A stretch of 64,000 nucleotides of DNA from Peribolospora baueri (Eukaryota), in NCBI GenBank assembly GCA_029717555.1, contig JAMDHS010000008.1, positions 310,001 through 374,000 on the forward strand, written 5' to 3'. Made by a program: the position numbers and the translations under genes. The number at the start of each line of letters is the position of its first letter. Position 1 is the stretch's first letter. Below, one piece after another: positions 1-12,785 of this stretch. The notes beneath the pieces were generated by a model. The model saw nothing but the letters and a program-made list of their open reading frames with translations, made no database searches and was not told the DNA's origin.

Positions 1-337
1 TCTTTGCTTCGCCAAGGCCCAGCGAGAGTCGCTCATCCGGACCGAGCAGCAAGCGAGCCGCTCGAGGACTTTGACGTTGTGAAAGAGGTTAGGATCCGTT
101 TTCGCATGTCGCTCCCTCTGTCTTCTGTACTCGCAGCGTTCGCGGGGTCCGGCGCTGGGGTGGATGGATGATGGTGGATGGATGGATGGGTTTGGGAGAT
201 CGTTCTTGCAATCCGATGTGTATCGACGCGTGCGCCGGTTACTGACAGGTCACAACTTCGCCACCTGCTTTTCGGGATCATTCATACTCCTCCACTCTGT
301 CTTCTGTCACGTCGACTCAGTTTGGACGCTTGTCAGG

Positions 338-1502
338 ATGGCTTACGCTCCCTTCCCACTCGTCGAGTCACCTTTCGCGGCCAACGGCATCGCGCAAAAA
401 AAGGACCCTGGGACCTTCCTGCCGGACCTCAACGTCCGGCTTATGTGCCCCGACTGCAAGATCGATCCGCCGAACATTCGAGAGGAGTTCGCCTCGGGCG
501 ATCTCGTCTGCGGGGATTGCGGACTCGTCCTAGGCGACAGAATCGTCGACACGAGGAGCGAATGTGAGCCTGCGCTCGTCGTTTGCCTTTCGCAATCTGG
601 CCGTAGGTCGTGAATGACGTGGCATCGACTGACACTGTAGAGAATGGCATCTGTCAGGGCGAACGTTTGCCAACGACGAGGGTGACGATCCGTCCCGTGT
701 CGGTGCGGCGGTCAACCCGCTGCTCGACAATATCGAGCAGACGGACACGATCATCGGCAGCCGGGACGGCGGTACCGGCTTCGCTCGTGATCTGCAACGG
801 ACGGCGACAAAGGCGGTGGGCGCCCGTCAGGAGCGATCCATCATTGAGGCGTTCCGGAACATCTCGAACATGGCGGACCAGATCTCGCTCTCGAGAAACA
901 TTGCCGACATCGCCAAGCAGCTCTTCAAGCGAGTTGACGAGGAGAAGCTGCTCCGGGGAAAGAGTCAGGAGGCCATCATCGCCGCCTGCATCTTTGTCGC
1001 ATGCCGCCAAGGTCGCGTGCCACGCACCTTCAGGGAGATCTGCGCCCTGACCAACGTGCCGAAGAAGCAGATCGGGCAATGCTACAAGGCACTTGAGGCC
1101 GCCTTTGGCACGAGCGCCACCGGCATCGCTGCGGGGGCGAACGGCGTGGATCACGAGTCGGCGGCTACGACGGGCGCGCGAGACCTCATCACCCGTTTCT
1201 GCAATCACCTCGCCTTGCGCGCCTCGATCCAGGCGATGGCGATGCAGATCGTGGATCGTTCCCGCGACCTGGGCGTGCTCGCGGGACGCTCGCCCATCTC
1301 CATCGCTGCAGCGTGCATCTACTTCAGCGCCCACGCCTGTGGCACTCCGAAAACGGCGAAGGAGATTGGCAACGTGGCGAGCGTGTCGGACGTGACGATC
1401 AAGAGCAGCTACAAGGAGCTATTGAGACGCAAGGACGAGATCGTGAAAAAGGAATGGATCGCCGCCGGCAAGCTGGATGTCAGGCGGCTCCCTGCCAACT
1501 GA
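338..1502 (+). CDS. SUA7: Transcription initiation factor IIB (2 exons; intron 564-657)
   Basis: Zn ribbon CPDC...[13 protein letters not shown]-reader [21 protein letters not shown] joined across a GT-AG intron, cyclin repeats ([32 protein letters not shown]). Confidence 0.97.
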
Positions 1503-2450
1503 TGCCTGCTCCGTCTCCGTTTTCACGTCGACGGCGTCCACGTCCACGTCCACCGGAGTCGTCGTCGCCCTGGCGCGGCGCCAGGGCATTGTACATTCTT
1601 TATCGAAAGGCGTGCGAACGTTTCTTTGATGAAGAGCTGGAGGGGCGAGCCTGGAGGATGGCTGCTGGGAGCGGGTGTTCAGGAGCCGCCACCAGTTGCC
1701 TTCGCAGACGGCCGTTGCTTGTCAACAAAAAAAACCTGGGGAAGGAGCATTTGCTCGAATTGGTTCGGGTTGGAATTGGGGCCTTGGATAGACGGCGCAT
1801 CTTGCACTTGCTTGTATTTTCCTAACAACAAAACCAAGACTTGATGTAGTAACTGGATGTTGGCCTATGTGTGATCCCGTCGCTCGCCTTGATTGCACCC
1901 GACCGGCGGTCATGATCCGTCGACCCGACTGCGGTGCTTGGCAACACGCTGGGCGACGCCAAATGCGGCCTTTGCCCGTCTACTAATCTCTTGCCAAGCT
2001 TCGGACGGATGACGACGTGGAGCCGCTGCTTTCCTTGTCCAGGTGTTGTTCGCCGGCGGTGGGTGCTGTTCTCGAGACAGTCAGTGCACGAGCTTGGCCA
2101 TGCGCCCTTGGCATATTTCCTTCGATCGGCGTCGTTAGATACTTATTAGCACCCGACTAGGACGGCGGCGGCGACGACAACAGACTCGGTCGAACACACT
2201 ACACTGCCTCTCCAAGCGACTAGGGCGACCATGCGTCCATTCGTGCGACGATGAACGAACGATATAACTAGCAGCACGCGAAGAGGCACACATCGCCCTC
2301 CTGCACATCTCCTTCCCGTTTCCATTCCGTCCTCCTTGTGTGTGGACAAACAAAAAGACACCTTGCTCTCCCACCTCGCGCTTCTACCCTACTCTACCCA
2401 GTCTGGATCCCAAAGCGCCTACCATCCCCTGCGATAGCTCGCTCATCGAG

Positions 2451-5400
2451 ATGTCCTCCTCAGTGGCTTCTACTTCGAGACAGGAGGAACAGGATCGGGT
2501 GCGTCTTTACCCAAGTCCTCGTGAACGCTGACGCGCTTCTCCGCGTAGGCAAGCTCTCTTACATCCCATCGCCTTCCCGCTCTTTTCTCTTTAGCCCGCT
2601 TCCGGTGCCTCCATTGCCCAGGTTCTCTCCGGCAGCCTTGCTCACCGTGACGCCGAGCTGGGCAGCGCAAAGGTTTCGGACGGCGTTCCCGTCGCTTCGT
2701 CAAGCGCGGAGACGAAGGCGGCCCAACTGGGGCTGCTCGGTCCGATCTCTGCCTCCTCCCCTCCGCCCTCGTCAAGTCGCCTCACTGTCGCCTCCAGTCC
2801 GCGCCCCTCAGTCACACCCCTCGTCCCGCCAGCGGAGACGGAGGAGGAATCTCCAAACTGGTTTGAGATCGCCCACGAGCGAAAGAGCAGCGACAGAAGC
2901 GACTTGCATAGAAGTGGACACGGAGGCAGCGGAGAGGCGGGCGAGCACGGCGAGCGTGGCTCCGACGAAACCCACCCTTACATCCAGGCACATTATCAGC
3001 CGCTGAGCTACAGGCATTTGTTTAAGAAGCCTGTGATCAGACAATGGATTCATGACGGGCGCCTGTTCAGGTGAGTGTGGGCTTTGCCGCCAGAAGGGAT
3101 GGCGAGGGCTAAGGAGAGTGCTTGCCCGCGGCCTCCTCAGCTGACGACGACGACGGCACGCCTCCCACCTTACACCGTTACCCTCCGCACAGGGAAGAGG
3201 CCGCTCGCGAACCCTCCCGCTTCGAGCTGGTTTTCGACCTCGCCTTCGTGGGCGTCGTTCACCAGCTCGCCGACGGCGCTGCAGAGAATGCGACGGGTAT
3301 GGGCGTCGCCAAGTTCCTTTTGACCTTTTATCCCTCGGTGAGTCGCTCTCACGCGCTCTTGGACCGCGGGAGCTAGCGGCAATAGGTACCGGTAGGTGAA
3401 TGATATTCAACTCGCTGTCATCGCGGTTGCGATGCCCGTTGTGATACTGCTTTCAGTGGAGCGTCTGGCAAGATGTGCGCAACTTCATCAACGTCAGGTG
3501 AGAAGCACGTTCGTCAAGGCTCTCGCATATCCCCCCGACAGTGTCGGAGGGGATGGGAGACAGAGACGGGTGCTGAAGCATGTCGACCCTTCTTTTCCTT
3601 CCCGTTTGTTTGTCACTCGGTGTGGCTCGCCGCTTTAGCGGTACCGACGACTTTCTGCACAGGTGATGGCGATCTCCAATTTCTATGTGACTGTGCGCTG
3701 GATGGTTTGGCCGGGACGAATGGACTCACCGTTGCATTCTACCTGTTTCTCATACGATGCTCAGACTCTACATCCTTTTCTCCATGTGCATTCTCGTGGG
3801 CTACTCTGCCAACGCGAGCTCCATTCAAGTGGTGCGTCGTCCTCGGCCGCGCATATTACTTCGAAGTCTCACTTTCCCTTAATCGTGTTGGCTCACTGAC
3901 ACGGAACCACCGCTCGGGAACCCTCGTCGGCCCGTTACTTCGACCGTGCGCATAGGAACACGAAGTCGACGAGCAAACGGGAGCGTACCACTACTTCTTC
4001 GCCGGCGGATACCACCAGCTGATCCGCATCGCCGTATCCTTCTTCCTCGTCGCCAAGCTGTCCAGGATCTTGCTTCACGTATTTTAGTGAGTCGAGCGAG
4101 GCTGAGCCTACGTGATCGCGCCCGCCAGGGCGGTTACCGATTGATTTGGTCTCTCTCCACGCACACCTCGTCAGTGGATGGTACCTCCCCAATTTCCGCG
4201 TTGCCCAATGGTGCCAAGCCCTGGCCAACTTTGTCCCAACGCTCTTGTTTGTCCCTCTCCTTTTCGTCAAATCCGCCCTCGCCATCGTCTTGTGGACGTG
4301 CGCTGGCGTCGCGTGGGAACTGATGTCGAGATACGTGCTCGGGCTCACGATGATCTTGCTCCAACGAAGAGGGATGAGCGCGGGAAAGGATTTGTTTGTC
4401 CCTGGTAAGCCCCTCACGTCCGTTGCCCACCTTCTCTGCCCGAGTCCTCGGGTGCTCACCTGGCCCGGTCGTCTTCTTCCCTTCTTGAACACGCGTAGCG
4501 ATCAACGTCGAGCACCTCGTCGAGCGCATGGCACTCTTCGTCATTTTGGTCTTGGGCGAAGTGAGCGAAGCCAGTTCTGCCTCGCCGATCGATACGACGA
4601 CTGCGACGACCTAATGGCCCGATTGTACTTCGGCCAACTTCGCCATTCCTTTCCCTCTACAGGTCATCCTCGACGCCACGTACAAAGCCTCACAACAGGC
4701 CGAATTTGGCCTTTCCGAACAGTTTGGCCGATCGGCGATGGCTATATTCATCGCCTTCTTCCTTATCTGGCTCTACTTTGACGCCGACAGCGCGAGGGTC
4801 TTTCAGCATGCTCTGCGACGGAACTGGGGTGAGTGTGGCTTTCCGCGTCCCCCTGCCCCTCGTGATCGGGCACGACTGACTCGATTTTGAATGTTTCTTT
4901 CCGGTCGTACCTCGCCTTGAATGTTTCTTTCCTGTCGTACCTACCTTGCCTTTATAGTCACCAGCATCACTTTTACTCACCTTCACTGGCCGTTGTGCGC
5001 CGGGTATATTCTCATGTCGGTGGCCATCCAGGCGATGGTCAAGTTAGACCAAATCGAATCCGGTTTCCGCTGGTCAGTCAAGCGCTCTGCTCTGCAGGCG
5101 GTCACGGATGGCCAAAGTCATGCCACTTCGGCGGTGCTGATGGGATGGTCCTTCTCTTTCGTCCATCGGACTCCGCTTCGATGAGCAGGTTCTTCGGAGG
5201 CTCGATCGCCACCGTCCTCGTCGTCACCACCACACTCGGCTTGCTGCACAAATCTCTGGACGCCCCTCATTCTGCCTTGCTACCTCGCTCTTGCCGTCTC
5301 GTCGCTCGCCTTCTCGTTGCAATCTTCTTCGCTCTCTTCCCCCTCGTGCACGACCTATCCTCTCTCTTCACACTCTCTGTCCACGCCGGCGTGCTCGCTG

Positions 5401-5977
5401 CCCTCGTCATCTTCGAGATGGTCAGCAAGCTGGGCGCCATCCCTGCCGAGTTCGCAGCGTACGAAAAGTACTTTTACGAAGACGAAATCGGCTATCGTCC
5501 TCCGTTTATGGCCTTCAACGGTCACTTTGGAGACGCTAGGGACGGGTGGGCTCAAGACCTTACGCGGCGTGTTGAACTCGAGATGGCCGAGCTGGGTCAC
5601 GATGGCGAACCACCTGCGACTGTGACGGCGACGGCAGGGTCGGCACCGAGGCCGTCCCCAGTGCCCTCTGCAAAAGTGGAAGATCCCGCGGAATCAAAGA
5701 AGCGCCAAGAAGAGAGGATACAGCGCCGGCTCAGTCAAGCCTTCCGGGCCCACGAACAAGACCTTACCGCCCCGGAGAAGGGCGATCAAGGTAAGCCGGA
5801 GCTTCATTAGTTCGCGGTGCTCTCTAACTCGCCGCGTTCACGCTTTCTGACGTACCTGTCTTTCCAAACTACCCCTCTAATTGTCGTCGCCAACTAGATG
5901 TGGGCCTGGAAGGCGATCTCGGACATATGAAAGTGCAAGAAATCCCGCTTCGACAGCGGCTGGCATACATGAGCTGA
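2451..5977 (+). CDS. LtrA (low temperature requirement A) family multi-pass membrane protein, multi-exon
   Basis: Spliced reading gives KPVIRQWIHDGRLFR/EEAAREPSRFELVFDLAFVGVVHQLA, WSVWQDVRNFINVSGTDD, INVEHLVERMALFVILVLGE, which are typical fungal LtrA motifs. Last exon ends ...QRLAYMS-stop. Start exon is less certain. Confidence 0.8.
4887..4948 (+). repeat. Two-copy ~30-bp tandem repeat inside an LtrA intron
   Basis: ttgaatgtttctttccggtcgtacct followed by ttgaatgtttctttcctgtcgtacct. Confidence 0.8.
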
Positions 5978-6365
5978 GCCAGAGCCTTCCGCCCAGTTTT
6001 TCCGTCTCGTCCTCTCCATTGCGTTCGTGCTGCGCGGCCCCGCGGAATCGCTTCCCGATGCTCCTTCCCAATTTGCACTCCGGTGGTCGTGTCGTCGGTA
6101 TATATCCCAGCCAACTCGAACCCGACGCATATCCCATGGATCGAGGATACCAGCAGCCTGTGACGACCGGAGCGAATGTGTTTATTGCAATCTCTTTCCG
6201 AAGACGAAGAATCCCATCCTTAAATGAACACGCTCGACAAGGGTCGTCCCTGCCGTTGCCGCAGCCTAAGAAGGAAATGCCGTCGATCAATTTTTGTGAA
6301 AGTACACGAAAGCTGCCCGGTTGACGACTTGAAGGGCGGACTCGACGGCGAACAGCTCGTGTGTC

Positions 6366-9337
6366 ATGGCCATGTCGTCCTCAAGGCCCTCCGAGTTTTC
6401 TCATGGCCGCCCGGAGGGCATCGCGTCAACCAAAGCTAGCAACCAGCCGATAGCCCAGGTCTCTGTCACCAAGCGGCTTCACGTCTCCGGTCTCACCGCC
6501 AACGTCACGGCTCAAGACCTGGTCAAGCGGTTCGCTTCTTTCGGTAAGGTGGAGGGAGTCGACGGCGTCGGCGTGCTGGATGCCAACAGTGAGTCTTTGG
6601 AGAACGCGCGATGTGCGAACGTGTCGGTTCACGGCCGTCGGAGGGGAGCTGAACAGGGTGAACGTTGGTATCGTCCTTTCCCGCTCGCCATGCACAGACC
6701 AACCTCGCAAGTTCGCCTTTGTCAGTCTAAATACGACACCAGCTCAGTTGTTAAAATGTGAGCTGGCTTTATAGTGCTCCTGGCTGTCGCCGGAAGAAAG
6801 GACTGGTGCTGACGTCGTGGCGTTCCTTCCGACCGCCCGGATGCCTCCACTTGGCGATGCGGGAAGGCATGTCCCTTCTCAGCGGGGCCACTTGGAAGGG
6901 TTCCGTCCTTCGCATCGCGGAAGCCAAGCCTGATTATAGGGCGCGGTGAGCGGCAATACTTTTCTTTTCTTGACGCCGTGTCCAGTACTCTGGTAGTGCG
7001 AGTTCTAACATCGAGCATCTCTTCTTCCCGTGGAAAAGGCTTGCACGAGAACGGGCATCTTCCGCAACCGCATCGCCCTCTACAGTCGCTCCCTCGACGG
7101 AGCCTACGGCGGATGAGACGCGGCGTCCAAAGAGGCGAAGGCTCATGAAAGGAACTCAAGGCTGGGAGGCGACGGACATGACGCCAATCAGTCCTGACAA
7201 CGTCCAAGGCGTCTGGGTAAGCTGGCGTGGGACTACTCGGACGTACGGTTCTGAGGCAAAGCACTCCATCGCTTACAGTGATCCCCCTTTCAATGTACCT
7301 CTCAGGGCTGGAAACGAACTCCAGCCAACCACCTCATCCGTCCTCTCCACCTCCGCCCCGACCGCCCTCTCCCACGACCCAAGGCAACCGCCGCGGGCAT
7401 CACCACCAAACCCAAAATGAACCTAGACGGCTCGGTATCAGCTGTCAGTACGGGGGAGACGCGCACCAAGTCGAAGAGGCCCCTCCGGGTTTCTAGACGG
7501 ATCACCATCGATCCGACTCGGTATGGCGCCACACACATCACTGGCATGATGCTTGAGTCGACTACGATAGCGGTCGAGGAGAACGTGGAGCGGCGAGGAG
7601 TCCTTCAGGCAGTGAACGAGAGCGGGGCAGAAGGCGCAGATGGACCAAGTGGGAACCGGCCGTCCAAGAGAGCGAGTCAGGTTGAGCATCGGGCCGTCGA
7701 GGATGGGCAGGTGGATGCTCCGAACGTACCGGCATCTCCAGCCGCGTCGGAAGGCGAGGACGTACCGTCGGAGAGCGAGGAGAGTGAGGCAGAGTCAGAA
7801 AGAGCGGAAGTGATCCCAGCCTCAGCACACAAGGCCGATACCACCAAAGCATCTGGGCCAACCTTGCCAGCACGGTCTCCCAAGCGTCCTTCGACATTCC
7901 AACTTTCCGACTCTGACTCGGAAGACGGCTATGACGAGACGCTTGCCGGCGCGTCCGCCTTGCCTTCCGAGCTCACAACTGCGGAGGAGAAGAGGAGAGG
8001 ACTTTCTGTTCTCGGATCGCTGTTTGGCGATGCGTTTCTTTCTCGTGATGCGGATGACACCCCCGTCTCTGCCAACGTGCGTCCCATTCTGCAAGAAAAG
8101 TCTTCAGAGGATGAAGACGAGCAAGGTATGGGTGAAGGAGAGGAAAGGCCGGTGGGTGGCAAGGCATCGACGCATGACGCTTCGGCTACGAAGAAGAGGA
8201 GAGCGGCCGCGCTCTTGCGAGGCGAGAACGGGACGGGGAGGGAGACGGAGGGAGACGGCGGAGGCTTGCAGGCCCTCACGCCCAGTGGGGTCGGCAATGA
8301 GAACGGCGAGGGGCAAGGCTCCAGTCCTGATTCCGCACGGGAGCTTGAGAAGAGTCTAATGAAAGAAGACGGTCCTCCGGACCACCCCCACGCGAGCGTC
8401 GCAGAAGGAGAGGGGCCCAAGTCCGACGTCGTTCCACTGACCGCGAATGAGGGCGACGAGAACGACGCTAATGCGAAGATGACAAGTCTCAAGGACATGT
8501 TCAAGCCTCAGGCAGAGAGTGAGTGGTGTTCTTCCGACTGACCTGATCCTTCCAGCTTGGCTGAGTTGGATTGCTCTCATCCGGATCGCTCGCCCCACCT
8601 TCGATGTCCTCATCCGTCCGGCTCCTGTCTTTTCCTCTCTCTCTCTGGGCCTCTTCTTCTTTCCGCCCGCCACGGCGAGTAGGCGGACACTTCTCCCTCA
8701 TGGCCGGCCTCGAGAGCGAGTTTGACTTGGACGACGAGTTCGACTTTACGACTGCGGCGGCTGCAGAACCGGACATGGAGCGGGAGGTGTTCGAGCCTGT
8801 TTCGGCCAACCAGGGTTCGGGGGAGGTGGAAGAGAGCGGGCGGCCGAATGCGTCTTCCGCAATGACGACCGTCTCCGATTCCACCGTCGACCCATCCTCG
8901 CTCCCCTTCTTCTTTGCCATTTTTGAAGACGACGAAGACGAGTCGGTGCCCGATCCGGCCAAAACGAGCTTTCGGAATCCTGTCGACGTGCTGGCGAGGG
9001 GGGTCGAGACGCCCTTTTGGAGGTGTGAGACCGAGTGAGTGCCGTCGGCCGCCATGGCGAACGGGATGCTGTCTCGGCTTGTGCTGAACCACGGCTCGTC
9101 CGTCTGTTCCCGTCCTTACCCTTGTTGCGAACTCTCCATCGCCCCCGTCGTCTGTCGCCCTCCGCTCACAGAGAAGAGATTACCGCGAAATGGGACGAGC
9201 GAAAGCGGGATTTGACGCAGGAGTACAAGCGACGCCATCGAGAGGCGACCAAGCACAAGAGGAGGAGGATGGGCGGCGCGGCCGGGCCCGGGATAGGGGG
9301 CAGAAAGGACGACGGCTGGGCGCGGGGAGAAGATTGA
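6366..9337 (+). CDS. Nucleolar RRM protein, NOL8/Nop8-like, multi-exon
   Basis: N-terminal RRM KRLHVSGL...FASFGKV...RKFAFVSL...LSGATWKGSVLRIAEAKPDY, long acidic disordered middle, basic C-terminus W..RKRDLTQEYKRRHREA. Confidence 0.72.
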
Positions 9338-9524
9338 GTGATCGCTTTCGCTGAACGAGCAGCTTTGTATGTGGCAATGCGAGTGATACGGTGCAAAGAG
9401 GTAGCAGACCAGGGTCGCGACAATTCAAACTCTCGTGGCATGTCAGAGGGGAGTGCGAATACGGAACATGGAGAAGAAAAGCCCGTCGAGGCGTACATCA
9501 ACCGCTCACTCAGACGCACGCCGG

Positions 9525-10279
9525 TCAATGCTCGCCGCTCGTCGTGGCATACTTGTCCACGAGCTCCTCCTGTCCTCCAAACCCGGCTTCTCGGTCGTGT
9601 CCCTGTGCGCCCCACACGATCTCCTGTTCCCCTGCCGCCGCCCTCGCGCCACCGCTGCCCGGTTTCCCGACGAGCGAGCCCGTCCGGACCTCGGCGTCCC
9701 GTTGGGCTTGCCGCATGTACGAGGCGAGGAAGACGCGGGCCATGAAGAAGCCCGTGCACGCGCCGGTCACTTGGAGCGAGGCAGTGGGGGTTCGGGGCGA
9801 CGGAGGGGAAAGGAAAAATGAGAGAATCGCCATGGTGCGGGGCACGACGACGACGATGACATAGGAGGCGCCACGTACCAAGGCCGGCGAGGAGAGTTTT
9901 GTTGCGATCCAGCTTGAGCACGCGCTGCCCAAAGATGCCTGACCGGCGTTTTCCGTTGAGGGTGGTGGTCAGCACCCAGACAAAGCGAGGCAAGGCAGCA
10001 AAGGAGCGACCGGCGGGGCGCGACCGACGGGTTGGAGTACGCACCTCCAAGCAAGCCGGCGGTGAGCCCTGCCAACGTGCCGTCCACTTGACTCCTCCGA
10101 TTCAGCCTCCCGACCTCGGCCATGGCGACACGGGGAACAGGCGCCCTGAGCTCGGTGCTCGCGTTCCCGGGGATGGCGCCCACAGCTGGGGACGTCCTGG
10201 CCTCGGCCGAGAGCGGCGGACTAGGAGGAGACTGTGGTGTCTGCGAGGGCTGCCGAGAGGAACCAAAGAGCAAATCCAT
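9525..10279 (-). CDS. Small hypothetical membrane protein, probably 3 exons
   Basis: MDLLFGSS start, Gly-rich hydrophobic segments GTLAGLTAGLLG and VTGACTGFFMARVFL separated by plausible introns. No family recognised. Confidence 0.55.
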
Positions 10280-10390
10280 GACGGGCTTTGTGGTGGAGGT
10301 CCGTCTCTACGATCGGCCGTCGCCGTCCGTGCCTGAGACGATCGCCTGCAGTGACGCTGCGGGTGGCTGGCGGCAGGAGCAAAATAAACA

Positions 10391-10459
10391 CGCCGGATGG
10401 CGGGCTCGAACCAGCGACATTCTGAAGCCCTGAGTCTGACGCTGCTGAGAGGTGCCAGC
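10391..10459 (-). pseudogene. Degenerate tRNA-Lys-derived pseudogene immediately downstream of the tRNA
   Basis: Minus strand AGCGTCAGACTCAGGG...AGAATGTCGCTGGTTCGAGCCCGCCATCCGGCG matches the neighbouring tRNA's anticodon and T arms. D arm and anticodon-stem pairing are lost. Confidence 0.7.
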
Positions 10460-10480
10460 AAAAAACAAGAAGCAAAAAGA

Positions 10481-10581
10481 CGCCCAACGTGGGGCTCGAA
10501 CCCACGACATTCAGATACACCCTGAGTTCAGGGAAACCCTTTAATAAGAGTCTGACGCTCTACCGACTGAGCTAGCCGGGC
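10481..10581 (-). tRNA. tRNA-Lys(CTT) with 28-nt intron at the canonical 37/38 position
   Basis: GCCCGGCTAGCTCAGTCGGTAGAGCGTCAGACT-CTT-A [intron] ATCTGAATGTCGTGGGTTCGAGCCCCACGTTGGGCG folds into a 73-nt cloverleaf and is followed by a T5 terminator. Confidence 0.97.
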
Positions 10582-10671
10582 CGAATTGCTTGTATGGGTC
10601 AATCAACATGACACATATGAGGACACCACCACCAATCGTCCGCTAGGCAGGCTCTACCCTACCGACTGAGT

Positions 10672-10672
<1 letters not shown>

Positions 10673-10733
<61 letters not shown>
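10673..10733 (+). repeat. Poly-C homopolymer, 61 nt
   Basis: Directly visible run. Confidence 0.9.
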
Positions 10734-12785
10734 AGGCCAGCCTGTCAGAATTCCCTTCTGCTCTCCATCTGCGGGAGGAAGAGGTAACGCCTCTGCAAAC
10801 GGGCCGTAGGTTTGCGTCCCTCTCCATTTGGATGTTCTAGACGATGGATATGTCCACTATAAGAGCGAGGAGCAGCTACATGGCTTCCTTACTGCTAGGG
10901 GAGTCCGCCAGGCGTGGCCCGTGCACAGGAGGTCGCGCGAGTCCATGCCGTGACCCTTGCTCTTTGTCTTTCCTCTGCCGAAGCAGAGGTAGGCGAAGAG
11001 GTCGAGTGAGGCGAAGATGGGACGGGGCAGGGAGGCGACAAGTCAGGCGAGGGAGGCGAAGACGCGAGTGTCGAGTACCGCCGCCCGTCAACACGTCTTC
11101 CCTTCTCCACTGAACGGCCCCGCGTCTCACCCTTGTACTTTCCTCTTTCGTTTCCCTCTCGTTTGGGCCCGACTCCCGTGTGTTGGGCTGGCTCGGCGTC
11201 GATCCTCGAATGCGGTCACGCAGTGCGCAGAGGAGGAGAGAGGGGGCTCATGGGCAGTCGAGTGGCCATAGGTAGCCTTGGAAGAGCTCGCCGAGGTGGA
11301 ATCCCGTCCCAACGCGAGGCGTGACTGTCGGACGACATCGAAGGTGCAAATGTGAACGAAGGCAGAATTCCCTACCCTGGCACGCCTATTTGCACACGAC
11401 ATCGTCATCCGAGCGATACGTTGCAAGCCCAAGTGTTCAGCATCAGCCGTGGGTGGTCCACCTCAAGACCAACGAACGGGACGGCGGTTTCTCCAAAGCT
11501 GGCGGACGCACACGGCATACATACGGTCTCGTCGTCGCCGTGGGCCGTCTGCCAATAGGACGGCGGGAAAAGGAGGACCAAGGTGCATCTGAAGGAGGTA
11601 TGAGAGAGGAAAAGGAGGAGCTGCGCGTCGGCGAGCGGTCGGGCTCGGTCCATCCGTTCGCCCGCGCCGTCCGTCTGTCGGTCGTCTTGCTTCGCTTCGC
11701 TTCGCCTCGCTTTTTTTCCTTCTCTTCTCTTCTCTTCTCTTCCTGTCATAACCACCAGTCAGCGAGAGGGAGGAGCGGAGGAGGGGCCGGTGCAGGATGT
11801 GCAGGACGGCCGTTCCGCCTCCGTTCGGGAGAGAAGGAGAGAAGAGGGAGCGGCCAAGGCAAGGCGGAGCGGAGCGGATGGAAGGAAGGAACGGGGACGG
11901 GGACAGGCGCGGATCGGCGATCCGACGTCTGACCTCGGCCGCGGACTGTGGATGGACGGAGAAGGACGGCGTTATTACTGTAGCGGGACGAAATGGGTGA
12001 GTTACATAGGCACACAAGCAAGTTCTTTTCGTTCCGCCGATCCATCGATCCGCGCCGCCCCGAGCGCCCGGCCGGCGTCTGCCGCCGTCCGTGACGATCG
12101 CCTAAAGGTCGGTCGGTCGGGGAGGACTACGGTAGCTAGAGGCATGGTTGGAGGGAGGGAGCGGGTGCAGTTGTCGGGGTCGCGCATCGATCGCGCATAT
12201 TAATTACGAGGGGGCTAGAGCGTGGCTTCGATCGCCGTTCGGCTCGTTGTTGTTTTTTTTTATTTTATTTTTCTTTTCTTCTCTTCTCGGTGCGAGCTTG
12301 GCGACGGGGACGGGGCTCGGAAATGAGGAGGCGGGCCGGGTGGCGATGGCGAGGGCGATGGGATGGGATGCGAGGGCGAGCGCGTGCCGATTCTAGAAAG
12401 CTCTGGACGGGCCCGCCGTGGAATGAATGAATGGAGGTGGTCCGGAGCGCAGTCGTCGGTCGGTCAGTCGTCCGTCGCAGCGAGGCCAGCCCGAGTCGAT
12501 GTTTTTGCGTCACTCGCCGGCGTCCTCGTCGTCCCTCCCTTGCCTTCGTCCCCTCCACCACTCCCTTCTCCACTCCTCCACCATTCCCTTCTTCACTCAT
12601 CCTTCCACAAACACAAACCACGATCACCGACCGACCGGTCTCAGGAACCGCCCCACCGTCCGACGTCACCTCGCCGGCTTACCCTCTTTCAGACCCCTTC
12701 CCAACGCCGCACCGTCTCCGCCACTCCTTCCGCCGGCCCCTAGTCCTCGCTTCGTCTTTCCTCTTCCCCTCCCTTCCACCATACC

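Noticed and set aside
10391..10459. Functional recoding tRNA (CAG anticodon on a Lys body) or tRNA-Sec
   Set aside because: The D arm is missing, the anticodon stem does not pair, and there is no long variable arm.
10740..12780. Many 100-220 aa ORFs upstream of KRE6
   Set aside because: Low-complexity Arg/Pro/Ser-rich translations typical of GC-rich promoter or UTR DNA, with no coherent splice model.
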